Assembly: GCA_963719035.1 (NCBI GenBank)
Contig: CAVRAO010000012.1
Span: 1-64,000, forward strand
Direction of reading: 5' to 3'
DNA from: Methanobacteriota archaeon
GTDB taxonomy: Archaea; Halobacteriota; Bog-38; Methanoflorentales; Methanoflorentaceae
Length of the DNA stretch: 64,000 nt
Shown: piece after piece, positions 1-10,368 of the stretch
How the letters are laid out: each line of letters starts with the position of its first letter
Position numbering within the stretch: position 1 is the stretch's first letter
Notes under the pieces: model-generated
Databases searched by the model: none
Told to the model about the DNA's origin: nothing
The model's input: only the letters and a program-made list of their open reading frames with translations
Position numbers and translations under genes: made by a program

Positions 1-227
1 GATTTTGGTGGGGGGATCGCTGATTGGCAACAATCTGATGGTCGAAAAAATATTGTTTTTTCAGGATCTAACTGACAACAAGTTTGGGACAACACCTATA
101 ACGTTGCAGATTTAACGAATTGTTCGGGTTGGTTTGGGGTAGCGTTTCGCTAGGCGGTAAGGCCGATCCCCAAACGTATCGGTGGGAAGCCTTGAGGTTC
201 ATTCTAATCGTCGGTGCAAAGTCTTTT

Positions 228-530
228 ATGGAGCTGACGAACGCCAACGTAGCAGATTGGCAACTGTACGGTACGACGTTTCTTGAATGGAAAGAGGAAA
301 CTGGGAAGGACTATGATAGCTGGGTGAACGAACGAGTCATCCCAGCGTTAGACCTGTTTGATTATCTAGCGTGGTATGAGGACGGATCGCTGCACAGCTA
401 TGAAGGCGGATATAGCGTCATACTCGATCAGAGCTTCGGACTCTGGACGGGTGAAATACTCGCTCGCGCTAAAAAACTTGGATTGAGCATCGAGGAAACG
501 CAGAACGGCTCCGGATGCGGGATCGGATAG
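228..530 (+). CDS. Hypothetical protein (ORF open from 120; ATG at 228 preferred)
   Basis: Protein-like, Trp/Tyr/acidic-rich translation; no recognised motif. Confidence 0.5.
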   Translation: MELTNANVADWQLYGTTFLEWKEETGKDYDSWVNERVIPALDLFDYLAWYEDGSLHSYEGGYSVILDQSFGLWTGEILARAKKLGLSIEETQNGSGCGIG

Positions 531-664
531 GTCAAATTTGCAGTGCTGGCAAGCACTGACAAAGCAGCTGCCCTCCTTTCGCGCAGTTTTGTGATATGGA
601 CTATTGCGGTTTTCAGCTAAGATTGCCGCAGAAAACGGCTTAAGGAAGCTATGTGCGCCTGTTC

Positions 665-934
665 CTAAAACTCTTCTTCAAAGCTCGGAAACTGGAACTG
701 CAACGCCTTGAATCCCTTATCGTCAACAAATCGGTCGTCAAGCATATGCCGCTTGGATCGGCCCATTGAATCAGTTGTGACACCGAGCAGCGCTCCGTCG
801 CTCCGGATCATAAACGTTGAATACTTCGCAAGCAGTTCTTTGATCGTCGACGGTTCCCCCTCATCACGTGCTTGCCACTTCGAAAAGGTTTGCCGTTGTA
901 ACAGCTTAAATTGCCGTGAGGTCAGCGTCATCAC
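665..934 (-). CDS. Hypothetical protein
   Basis: Purine-rich GAAGGGGG upstream; follows 964-1266 on the same strand. Confidence 0.5.
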   Translation of the reverse strand: MMTLTSRQFKLLQRQTFSKWQARDEGEPSTIKELLAKYSTFMIRSDGALLGVTTDSMGRSKRHMLDDRFVDDKGFKALQFQFPSFEEEF

Positions 935-963
935 GCGAATCTTGATATTTTAACCCCCTTCAA

Positions 964-1266
964 TCAACTGACTGCCTTCTTTACTAACGTAAGTAAATCT
1001 TCTCGTGTTCGCACGCGCTCGCGCGTCTTGGTCTTCCCACCCTTAATGACATTTGCAAAAATCTCGGGCAAGTCCCCCTCTGAGCTTCCTGTGAGGCCCT
1101 GGATAATTCCGCTAAAGACGTCACGCGTTCTTCTCTCCTCTAACGTGATATGTCCAAAATTGCGGAACCACATCTCTATGCGCGTGTCTTCCGACACGAT
1201 CGTTATTTTGCGTATCTGTTTCTCCCACCAGAGGTGGATCATGATATCATACTTCTTCTGTTCCAT
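964..1266 (-). CDS. Hypothetical protein
   Basis: ATG start with GAGG upstream; globular-looking 100-aa translation. Confidence 0.55.
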   Translation of the reverse strand: MEQKKYDIMIHLWWEKQIRKITIVSEDTRIEMWFRNFGHITLEERRTRDVFSGIIQGLTGSSEGDLPEIFANVIKGGKTKTRERVRTREDLLTLVKKAVS

Positions 1267-1433
1267 TTATCCTCGCGCCGTGCTAATGCGTCGTTCTTGC
1301 TCTGTAATAATCGAGTTCCTTGTTCTTATTATTGCGGAATCTTCAGTGCTCAGCTAGGTGCCCATAAAGCGCTCGCTCTTACGGTGCAAAAAAAGAAAAA
1401 AAGCGGTGCAGCGTGCGTGCACCTATTTCATCT

Positions 1434-1697
1434 CTACCCCTGAGCCTCTTCCTTCCCTGCCTGCGTCTCTTCAGCCGTAGCGCGCGAGGCGGCACGTGCG
1501 ATCCAAACGGTTGCTAACACTGCGATAATAGTGACAATAATTGCGTATGAGAGGGTCGCTGGGATACTTGTAGCAGTTCCTAACACTTCTGTAAAAATAG
1601 CCGTAATGGCAGCCTGCCAAGCAAGAGCAGCGATTAACGCGAAAGCGGTCGTGACAAGGGTCGCCATCACTTTCAGATATTCAGCTTTGCCCACCAT
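1434..1697 (-). CDS. DUF5654-like two-TM membrane protein
   Basis: TLVTTAFALIAALAW and YAIIVTIIAV motifs; RBS GGAGGTGA before the ATG at 1697. Confidence 0.8.
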   Translation of the reverse strand: MVGKAEYLKVMATLVTTAFALIAALAWQAAITAIFTEVLGTATSIPATLSYAIIVTIIAVLATVWIARAASRATAEETQAGKEEAQG

Positions 1698-1838
1698 GTG
1701 TTTCACCTCCGGTAATTTAGTAACATTGTACTTCAATTAACATAAGATAAAGAGCTTTCTAATTGCTCGTTTTTTTGGCTATTCGGCGCCGAAGTTCAGT
1801 CCAATGAAAGAAAACGCTTATGCTTGGCGTTAGTCTGG

Positions 1839-2315
1839 CTATGTGCGATAGACGATCAGCAAAACGACAAGCAGCAGCGGGAGGAGGACGTCGTTTATGT
1901 AAAGCACCGGTCCTGCATTACCGGGCGCAAAGTTGCGGCGCAGCCGTATATCGCGAATGTGGCCGTACGCCGCTCCGAGTCCAAACACCGCAAAGGCGAC
2001 GACGGTGGCGATCCAGAAGTCGCCGCGTAGCCAAAAGCTCAGTACCCCTAAGACCCCTATGGCCAGGTCGTGCAGCGCTACCTCAAATTGAAACGGGCTT
2101 CCAGGGGGCCATCCTATGCTCCGTGCCACGTCATCGGCAGCAAATGCGTGTCCTATGAAAGCGTAAAGCGAACCAAAGCCGACTACGACAACAAGCAACC
2201 AAAGGAGAAACGACTCGACAACCCCCCCACCAAAGAGCGCGATGTCAAGGATTGTGGCGATGATCGCGACGCCGAATAAACTGTAGGGCAAATACTCTGC
2301 TATACGGTTGACCAT
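1839..2315 (-). CDS. DUF6790-like membrane protein
   Basis: GHAF..D.VARSIGWPPGSPFQFEVA and NFAPGNAG motifs; several TM helices; ATG 2315 preferred over 2396. Confidence 0.75.
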   Translation of the reverse strand: MVNRIAEYLPYSLFGVAIIATILDIALFGGGVVESFLLWLLVVVVGFGSLYAFIGHAFAADDVARSIGWPPGSPFQFEVALHDLAIGVLGVLSFWLRGDFWIATVVAFAVFGLGAAYGHIRDIRLRRNFAPGNAGPVLYINDVLLPLLLVVLLIVYRT

Positions 2316-2482
2316 AAAGAGCAATATTCTTTTCTTTTGCGATCCCCTCGCCGTACGCGGGTTTAAGGTTATTGACCCTTTGGGCCACAGTCCCATTTGG
2401 AACCGTTTCGTGCAATTAAGGGGCTATCGCTTCTCGAACTCCGCCACAACGGTTTTTATGCTCTATTAGTATATCGTTATAT

Positions 2483-3214
2483 GTGAGTGATCACGTCGAT
2501 AGAAATAGCAACGTAAAAGCGTTGCTGCTGCCAGTTGGCCTCGATAAGCAGTCTGCTGGCGCGTATGGCCCCATATTCGAAGATGGATCATTTGAGTACA
2601 TCCCGAAGCCCGCAGACAATGAGAGCGCAGCTCATGCGACTTATAATAAACGGCTTGGTCGAAAGCGCCTTCCACTTGCAGTGTACTTGCCTCGAACCCT
2701 CAAAAATGCCGCGATTGACGAAAATCCAAACTTTCAGGCGTATCAGTATAATGTCGATCCTTCGCTTTGGGTTTTCCTTCGCCCACTTCTAAGGGGCGAT
2801 TTGCTCGTTTTTTGCGCGGGTCTTCAACCGTTTCATACCGATGTGTATCGCACAGGACTGTACATTATTGGGTATTTCACAGCAAAGGACGTGATTGCCT
2901 TTGACGATCTCGCTCAGGTAGACGAGCAACGCCGCAGCAACCAAATCGTTAACGGCGATGCCAAGTCACGTGATACGCCTAGCGTTACGCTCGTCGTTGG
3001 TGATGATGAGCATAGCAAGCTCTTAGACACGGCGGTACCTCTTGCAAACTATGTGGTAAACCGTGATAAGAAGGCGGGAGCTAAATTTTCGTCCTCTGAC
3101 GAAATGGTCGAATTTATAGGGTTACCAAGCACTATTAACAACAGCGATCTACCGATTTGGATAGTCGGTCAAGAATACATCAAGAATTTGAAGCAGCTAC
3201 TTGGCTTGTTGTGA
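2483..3214 (+). CDS. Nmad3-like (nucleotide-modification-associated domain 3) protein
   Basis: VGLD...GPIFEDGSFEYIP, L.RGDLLVF.AGL and GLYIIGYF motifs. Confidence 0.65.
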   Translation: MSDHVDRNSNVKALLLPVGLDKQSAGAYGPIFEDGSFEYIPKPADNESAAHATYNKRLGRKRLPLAVYLPRTLKNAAIDENPNFQAYQYNVDPSLWVFLRPLLRGDLLVFCAGLQPFHTDVYRTGLYIIGYFTAKDVIAFDDLAQVDEQRRSNQIVNGDAKSRDTPSVTLVVGDDEHSKLLDTAVPLANYVVNRDKKAGAKFSSSDEMVEFIGLPSTINNSDLPIWIVGQEYIKNLKQLLGLL

Positions 3215-3418
3215 CTTCTGTCCTTTTATGTCGCTAGCTTAGATGCCGGAACAAGTCGATATAACCTCAAACGCTCTATCCGGGAGGCTCCCGCGAACGA
3301 TGAAGTGGTGCTTCGTTCGAGTTTTAGTAGCGTTCAAACACCGACATTTAACGAAGTTAAAAAACGCCACGGTAATATAATGCCTCAGATTAATTATATA
3401 GACTAAAGGAGGTCTTCT

Positions 3419-3604
3419 ATGCTAGACAAGACGATTTCTGAGCATTTTATCAACAAAACGATAGAAGTGTACTTCGGCGGCAGACCCAACGAAACCATCA
3501 CCGGTAAGGTAGTCGGAAGCGCCGACGGTGTTGTTGTGCTCGAGCACGACCAACGTCGGGATTTTATCAACGTGGGAAAAGTTGTGGCCTTCTGGGAAGT
3601 GTAG
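3419..3604 (+). CDS. MM0924-like small Sm/Lsm-fold protein
   Basis: 61 aa, GKVVGSADGVVVL...FIN..KV.AFW; RBS AAGGAGG; TATA-like element near 3393-3400. Confidence 0.75.
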   Translation: MLDKTISEHFINKTIEVYFGGRPNETITGKVVGSADGVVVLEHDQRRDFINVGKVVAFWEV

Positions 3605-3728
3605 GATCGAAGCGTTCAATTCGGATACACTATACCTGTGCTCTTGCACAATGCGCGAGAGGTTCATCCCGCGGTGATTAGGAATCTTTGGATCGCCTTT
3701 TCGTCAACGCATCGTGCTTAGAAAGGAG

Positions 3729-3757
3729 TTGAGACTAGGTTAGCGACTTAGTCTCAA
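3729..3757 (+). terminator. 11-bp hairpin between convergent genes
   Basis: TTGAGACTAGG / CTTAGTCTCAA with a 7-nt loop. Confidence 0.45.
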
Positions 3758-3789
3758 GCACACGCTGCGATGTGTAACGTTACGTGAAG

Positions 3790-4314
3790 TTAGGTTTTGG
3801 TCTTACGCGGCTTGCATAAGATTTCGCGGATTTCAAGCTCATAGAACTCGTCACTCGTCGCGGCCTTAATGACGAGTGCGGTATCGAACCCTTTTGAACT
3901 TCCGCCAAGAGCCACGACTTCTGCGCCTGATTCGACGATCTCTTCCTGTGCTGCAATCAATGTCAACTCAACGGCGACTTTGGTTCCTTGCCCGAACCTT
4001 CGCAAGGCGTTTTTTACCTCATCGGGGTACGAATAATCAACCTGTTTATAAAACACGAGTTTGAGTCCCGAATCTTCAATGCGCTTTTTAGTGTCTGGCG
4101 AAAATCGCGCAGGATCGGTGCCTACGAAAAAGAGCGTTATGTTTGTATTTGCAAAGAAATCCAACGCTTTTTCTGCAGAATCGCCTCGTACGGAGGGGAT
4201 TAAGACGTGCTTGATGCCGAGTTCGTCTGCGCGCTCTTTAGCGCAGGTCAGCACGGCAGTTGTGTTCTCCTCCCCAGGAGCGTCGAAATAGACTATCTTC
4301 CTTTCTAGTGTCAT
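3790..4314 (-). CDS. Pyruvate kinase alpha/beta C-terminal-domain-like protein (MTH1675 family)
   Basis: KIVYFD.PGEENT, LRRFGQGTKVAVE, GFDTALVI and EILCKPR motifs. Confidence 0.85.
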   Translation of the reverse strand: MTLERKIVYFDAPGEENTTAVLTCAKERADELGIKHVLIPSVRGDSAEKALDFFANTNITLFFVGTDPARFSPDTKKRIEDSGLKLVFYKQVDYSYPDEVKNALRRFGQGTKVAVELTLIAAQEEIVESGAEVVALGGSSKGFDTALVIKAATSDEFYELEIREILCKPRKTKT

Positions 4315-4522
4315 TGTGATGGTACCTCCCTGTACCGAGGTCTAATAGGAATAAGAATGCGTAAAACTTTCTGTGAATGAAGCACGCGTAAAATCAAGCC
4401 GCATTTAGCACGTGAGCGGCCATACGTTGCGTGACAGGGGTGTGTACCACAACAAAGAGCAAAAAGCAAGCAGTTTTTTCACGCGCTGTGACTTCCCACG
4501 CGTAGGTTCTAGAGTACATTCT

Positions 4523-4906
4523 CTACGTCCTTCGTAGTGTCCGAGAAGGCGTGTTGAACTTGTTCTTGTGATTTGAAATCTCGCTCTCACTTGGCAAAGG
4601 CACGACTTTTGATAACTCGGCACTGATCTGTTCACGCGTTTCAGTCTCGAGCTCAAGCGAATCGAGTGCCGCTTCGGTGATGACCCAAAACGCGTGTCGA
4701 TGTGACACCTCATTAATTAACTCGACGCTTATGACCCCGAGCGGGACTATCTCTCTTTGCGCTAGATTGTGTGAATTAACAAATGACCGCTCAAAGCTCG
4801 CTTGCAGCATGTATGGTCCGTACCGTTCCGCCTTGCGTCCATCGTTAGCGAGGTAATTCCATTGAACCGTATATGTTGATGGCCTGATTTTCGGTCCTCT
4901 CCTCAT
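4523..4906 (-). CDS. Hypothetical protein
   Basis: ATG with GAGAGGGA RBS; 127 aa. Confidence 0.5.
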   Translation of the reverse strand: MRRGPKIRPSTYTVQWNYLANDGRKAERYGPYMLQASFERSFVNSHNLAQREIVPLGVISVELINEVSHRHAFWVITEAALDSLELETETREQISAELSKVVPLPSESEISNHKNKFNTPSRTLRRT

Positions 4907-5036
4907 AAATCGTCCCTCTCTTGCACGATCATGCGCCTTTCAGGTTGTGCGAACGCACCTCTGAGTACGGCGCAGCAATCGTATGTTGGCCGCTCTGGAT
5001 AAAGCAGTACAAATCGCAGCCCATCGTGCAACGAAA

Positions 5037-6603
5037 TCACGCCCTCGTTTGTGTTTGCTCACGGACGTAAGAGAGCAGATAGGTACGGCCCCCCAACTCC
5101 TTTTCCGGTTAACCCGCTGGCCTTCCATCCACCAAATGGTTGAACGCCCGGCCAAGCACCGGTCGTTGCGCCGCCGCGTCGATTCGCGTAACACACACCG
5201 AACTGCATCGACGCGAAGAAACGCTCAACCTCGCCTCTATCTTCAGAAAAAATGCCTGCCGTCAGTCCGTATTCGGTTGCGTTAGCCTCTCGCAAGCCCT
5301 CTTCGAGTGACGTTATGGTATCGATGAGCAGAAACGGCACGAACAGCTCCTCGTTGAACAGGCGATGTCCTCGCGCCAGCCCCATCATGATGGTCGGTCG
5401 TACGTAGCATCCCTTGTTCAAAACACCGTCGCGCAGCACTGTTCCACCCGTTACGAGGATTCCTCCGTTTGTAAGGCCGTCCTTGACTGCATCGGCGAAC
5501 CTCGTACGTGCTGTTTCGTCAATAAGGGGGCCAACAAAAACGTCGGTCTTGCGCGGGTCGCCGACAATAAGCTGCTCGGTCTTAACACGGAGCTTTTCGA
5601 TGAAGTCAGCGGCTACTGAAGATTCAACGTACACGCGAGACGTTGCGCTACATTTCTGCCCGCTGTAGCCGAAGGCTCCCTTGAGCACGCCTTCGACCGC
5701 CTTGTCAAGGTCAGCGGAAGCTGTGACGATAGCAGGATTCTTGCTGCCCATCTCTGCGACAAATGGCTTAGGGTAAGGTTGTCGTACGGCGAAGTTGTGG
5801 TGCAACCACATTCCTGCGTCACGTGACCCTGTAAATGCGATGCCGGCGACGTCGGGATGGGCAACTGCGACCGCTCCAAATGGGTCTCCTGGACCGGTTA
5901 TGACGTTCAGCGCGCCTCCCGGAACCCCAGCTTGCTCCCACGCGGCGAACAGCTTCAAACCAGTCAGTGGCGCTTTGCTCGTCGGCTTAAACACGACCGT
6001 ATTCCCGGTGAGGAGTGCCGCTGAAATCATGCCTGCAGCGAGAACGAGCGGGAAATTGAAAGGGGAGATTACCGCCCACACGCCGTACGGCCGCATGGTG
6101 CTTATACTCCGCTCTCCTGTTACCTGCGACATAGGGAGGGTGAGGCCCTCTCGCTCCTCGAGGATAGCACTATTATACCTCAGCATCTCGACCGCTTCAC
6201 ATACCTCGGCAAGGGCCTCGGACCTGTTTTTTCCCACCTCATACGTCATAAGCGCAGCGAGGAGGGCCCCGTCTCTCTCTAAGCGGTCCGCGACAAAACG
6301 AGTAATCCGCACGCGTTCTACCCAATCAATTTGACTCCATCCCGGAAACGCCTCCTTCGCCTCGGCAACCGCAGACTGTGCCTCTGCCTCTCCGCCCTTT
6401 TGAAACGTGCCGATGACGATGTCGTTATCGATGGGCGATCGCGTCTCAAAATCCTCGATAGCAGCCACCCGCCGTCCACCGATGAACATTGGGTGGTGCT
6501 TTCCTAACTCTCCTTGCACCGCGTCCAGCGCCCGTTCGTATCCCTTGTGAATATCTCTGCTATCGAGAAGCGAGGTGTAGGTGAGTTTTTTCTTTTTCGG
6601 CAT
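5037..6603 (-). CDS. Aldehyde dehydrogenase, 1-pyrroline-5-carboxylate dehydrogenase-like; +1 indel near the C-terminus
   Basis: ISPFNFP, FTGS, EMGSKNP, GQKCSATSR and EELF motifs; removing one C in TAC-C-TAT restores the ending GGPYYLLSYVREQTQTRA* at 5037. Confidence 0.85.
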
Positions 6604-6887
6604 GTTCGGGTCCTCCTAAGCGAATCATTTGAGAGAACACTACTTTTTCACGCTCGATTCGCCCTGCCTGTATAATATCCTATCGTCTCCTAGGTCTACT
6701 TTTTGCTATTGCTTAAGATGCCTAAACCGTCGAAGCGTCACAATTTATCAAGTCGGGCGGAGGCTGGAAGTACACGAAAAAACAGGGGAGATACGTCGGC
6801 TCTTTATGGAGCTTAATTTTATCCACGTAACCGAAAGATACTAGACATAGCCAGCTTTGAAAGAACTAAAACGAAAAGGTCGATCAA

Positions 6888-7517
6888 ATGACATCAGACC
6901 CCGCAACGGGCGAACCCTACGGTCGTATCAAGCGAACGATGGAGTCTATTGCCGGAAGAGTACGAAAAGAGGCAAATTCGCTCAGCCGGTCTGAGGTGAA
7001 CGCATTTGTCGCTGAGATCATTACGACGTACGAAGAGCGGCATCGTATATTCGTTCTTGGAGAAGGAAGGTCGGGTTTGGTCGCGCGTTCCTTTGCTATG
7101 CGGTTAATGCACTTAGGTTTCGATGTTTATGTCTTTGGGGAGGTCGTTACCCCTGCTGTACGAGAAAACGACCTCGTGATCGCTGTTTCAGGGACAGGCG
7201 AAACGGCTCCTGTCAACGAAATGGCGAGGATTGCCAAGCAGCACGGGGCCGGAATTGCTACCGTCACCTCCAATCCGGACTCATCCCTAGGGAAGCTTTC
7301 TGCAAAAGTTGTTACCATCCGGGGTCGAACAGAAGCTGATGACGTGAGCTTCTTAGAGCGCCAGGTGACAGGCATTTCAATCACTCTTACGCCGTTAGGA
7401 ACGCTGTTTGAGATTAACGTGATGGTATTCTTGGATAGCGTCATTGCAGGTCTCATAGCGATTTTGGAGAAAAAAGAGGAAGAACTAGCAGAGCGGCACT
7501 CAAACATGAGAAGCTAA
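6888..7517 (+). CDS. hxlB: 6-phospho-3-hexuloisomerase (SIS domain)
   Basis: GEGRSGLV..SFAMRLMHLG, SGTGET, PLGTLFE and C-terminal RHSN motifs. Confidence 0.9.
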   Translation: MTSDPATGEPYGRIKRTMESIAGRVRKEANSLSRSEVNAFVAEIITTYEERHRIFVLGEGRSGLVARSFAMRLMHLGFDVYVFGEVVTPAVRENDLVIAVSGTGETAPVNEMARIAKQHGAGIATVTSNPDSSLGKLSAKVVTIRGRTEADDVSFLERQVTGISITLTPLGTLFEINVMVFLDSVIAGLIAILEKKEEELAERHSNMRS

Positions 7518-7683
7518 AGCGAAGCGTCGTCAGCCGACCCGAACGCTAGTTGTATATCGTGACGCGTTGCCCATTCACGCGCTTTTCAACGAAGCTCGTC
7601 TCATAGCGCCTCCGCCCGACACGGTTAAAAGCGTGTGCATTAAGTAGTAAGGGTGTAGAGCGGATACAGCAGGTGACTCTAGC

Positions 7684-8046
7684 ATGGAAAGCATAATCCT
7701 TTACGTGCTGTTAGGGGCGACGGCCGGAGTTTTAAGCGGTTTGCTGGGAATTGGCGGCGGTATCATACTTGTCCCAGCGCTCGTTCTATTTATCGGGCTC
7801 ACTCAGCACGAAGCGCAAGGCACCACGCTCATTCTGTTAACTGCACCGTTTGGGCTACTGGCTGCTCTGACGTACTACCAAAGCGGCTATGCGGACTTGA
7901 AAATAGCGGCATTTCTTGGCATTGGCTTCTTTTTCGGAGCCTTTCTCGGGGCGAAAGTCGCAACGAATATCCCAAATGAAGTGCTCGAAAAGGTCTTTGG
8001 TGTGGCGCTGTTACTAATCGCATTAAAAATGCTCCTTAGCAAATAG
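7684..8046 (+). CDS. TauE/SafE (TSUP) family half-size permease
   Basis: SGLLGIGGGIILVPAL and Q.EAQGT motifs. Confidence 0.85.
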   Translation: MESIILYVLLGATAGVLSGLLGIGGGIILVPALVLFIGLTQHEAQGTTLILLTAPFGLLAALTYYQSGYADLKIAAFLGIGFFFGAFLGAKVATNIPNEVLEKVFGVALLLIALKMLLSK

Positions 8047-8139
8047 CCTCGGAAACCTTTTTTGCTCTCCGATTTAGGGCACATTACGACGAATAAACAA
8101 AAGAAAGGACCCACGGTCCCCCAACAAGAAAGGAAAGTG

Positions 8140-8146
8140 TTATAAA
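8140..8146 (+). promoter_or_regulatory. BRE-TATA promoter predicting a ~140-nt 5' leader for the 8310 ORF
   Basis: GAAAGTG followed by TTATAAA. Confidence 0.5.
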
Positions 8147-8309
8147 GGGCCTAAGATTATGAAAGTATTTGGCAAATCAAACCCTCTCATCAGCTAAAGG
8201 CCACTATCAAGCCTATTAAGGGCTCGCCGTAGGGGTTCACTGTGTGTGGCTTTTCGCAAGTCGAGAGCGTGAGGCGTCTGATGATACCAGGATCAAGGAG
8301 GTTAAAAAG

Positions 8310-8609
8310 ATGGGTCTTATTAAACTGATGTTTCTGCCATTGAGAATGCTGATGTGGCCCGTAATGGCCCCGTTGCGTATGTTAATGTGGCCATTCAAGA
8401 TGGCATTTCGTTTCGGCACGGTGATGCTACTGTTCGCGCAGCTTATGGTTATGTTGTTCTTGGCTGCCATGTTCATCATGTTCACTGTTATCCCAACCGT
8501 CATTTGGGGGTTGTGTTGGATAATGAAGAAAAAAAAGCACATGGGACGGCTGGGACAGCATGGAAAAATGCATATGCACATGCCCACACCCCGTCGGTTT
8601 AAACTTTAA
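8310..8609 (+). CDS. Met-rich, basic, hydrophobic 99-aa membrane protein
   Basis: RBS AAGGAGGTT; PLRMLMWP twice; 18 Met, no Asp or Glu; His/Met tail. Confidence 0.7.
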   Translation: MGLIKLMFLPLRMLMWPVMAPLRMLMWPFKMAFRFGTVMLLFAQLMVMLFLAAMFIMFTVIPTVIWGLCWIMKKKKHMGRLGQHGKMHMHMPTPRRFKL

Positions 8610-8687
8610 CCTGGACAAACAACAGCGCTGTAAACTTAAGGAAACCCCTACGGTGAATTTACTATAGAAGCGCTGACTTTTTTTGCG

Positions 8688-8857
8688 CTTGCGAAGCTTG
8701 TTAGTCTTGTAAACGACGATATGCCCCCAAAAATAGACGTTAGGATTTCGAAAAAACGGTTGAGATAGATACAGGCTAATCGTTTTTCTTGACTCGACTT
8801 TTAACTATTACTGGGCATCATCATCAGCCGTAGCACACGAGCTTAGAAGAACGCAAG
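8688..8857 (+). ncRNA. Candidate rod-like structured RNA or 3' UTR
   Basis: Five collinear helices of 6-10 bp, detailed in findings. Confidence 0.4.
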
Positions 8858-9375
8858 TATCACTGTATCATTGAGTTAAGCTCTCTCAACGCACGGAAAC
8901 CATTTTGGCTTCGCGCTTTGAGCTAAAGCTTGGCAACGTTCAACAAGCGCTGGCGCTATTTTGCGACAAAAGTTCGCGTGGGACACTGACTCGTCTCTCG
9001 GTCACCTGGTACATCGTGGCCGAAGCAGCTACCCTTGCTATCATCGATTGGCTCATAGAATTTACAATCCTTGCACGTTGGCACGAGCTCACCCCCTCAA
9101 TTGCCTGGTAAAAAAACGTGTTATCGCCTCTTAAACGTATGCACTAACTTATGTTCTGCAGATCGTGTTAAACTGCGTTGAGTGACCAGTGCAGAACTTA
9201 TAGGAAGTTTGCCATGGACGAAGCTCGGTCGACCGAACCAACGGCTCTATCTCGCTTCATATCCTCGCCCCGTTATAAGCCGCAGCAAGAGACTAGCCTT
9301 CAAAGAGAACAGGGCGAGTGGCTAGACGATCCAATCAGACCTGCTAATCAATCACCGACGCGCTAGCGTCAGCAA

Positions 9376-10244
9376 TTACGCCAGATGAGCGCTGAAAAAT
9401 TCGTTCACCTTTGTCCAAGCATCATCTCTGGCAGCGGCATTCGCGCTTTTGGTACCACCAAGCTTCATACCCTGGGCCTGCCGCGAGCGTGTTGGGGTAA
9501 GTCGGCTTGGTCCAGCTACGAGGTGCCCTGCGCCTTCGTACTTCAGGTGCTGGAAATGAAACGCGAAATGGTGCTGCCTGAGCCGTTTGATAGCTTGCTC
9601 GCACATCTTACTTGCTGGCCAAATGGTATCTTCCGTGCCAGACAGCAATAAAATTGGCCCGTTAATATGCTCAACGGGAATGGTTGCACGCTCCACTGCA
9701 TGCCGATCTTGAAAACTGCCGAGATAAAGCCCTAAATAGAATCCATATCGGTCAATGCAGTCGTAGTTTATTCGGAATGGCACAAAAGGCACGGGCTTGC
9801 CGTCCAGCGTCCACGATGATTTTGGAATCGTCTCTTTAAGTCCTGTTTCTGCGATACCTTGAAAAACTACGTGACTTGGGGAATATGCAACAACGGCCCC
9901 TACCTCTTGATACGTGGCGCTTACCAACAACGCACCTTCGCCCCCCTTGGAGGTGCCTATGAGGCCTATTTTGCTCGGCTCCACCGATGGATGTGAGCGC
10001 ATATAATCGATTGCTCGCTGGAAATACTCAAGTGGTATCTCTTCAAGTCGTGTCGGGAGGTCTTCGATCCCAAAGTACGCTAAAGCGAGCGCTGCATATC
10101 CAGCCTCTGCTAGCAGTGACCCAACGGCATTTGCACTGCTTAAGGCCCGCCGCCCATAACTATGATTCCTGGATGCTCGCCAGGCGTTGAAGGATGGTGA
10201 AAGTTGGCAATGAGGCCACTCTCCCTGACTGCCACAGTTTGCAT
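9376..10244 (-). pseudogene. BAAT/acyl-CoA thioesterase alpha/beta hydrolase with a frameshift near codon 33
   Basis: GTSKGG nucleophile, SGTED..WP and GAGH; the N-terminus MQTVAVRESGLIANF..PGIIVMGG is in a different frame. Confidence 0.75.
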
Positions 10245-10368
10245 ACAATTGACGCCGCCTTCTACGTTGTGCCCTCTTATAAGACTATACAAATGATCAC
10301 TGTTGGACTAGTGCCGACTTAGCGTTTCAGCAGTTACTTAAAGTACCAAACAATACGCACACGCACCG

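Noticed and set aside
8278-8284. Hammerhead core or C-box CTGATGA (also near 27500)
   Set aside because: No stem II followed by GAAA, and no suitably spaced D box
8224-8656. IS or MITE terminal inverted repeats
   Set aside because: No target-site duplication or transposase seen; the G.U-type deviation favours RNA pairing
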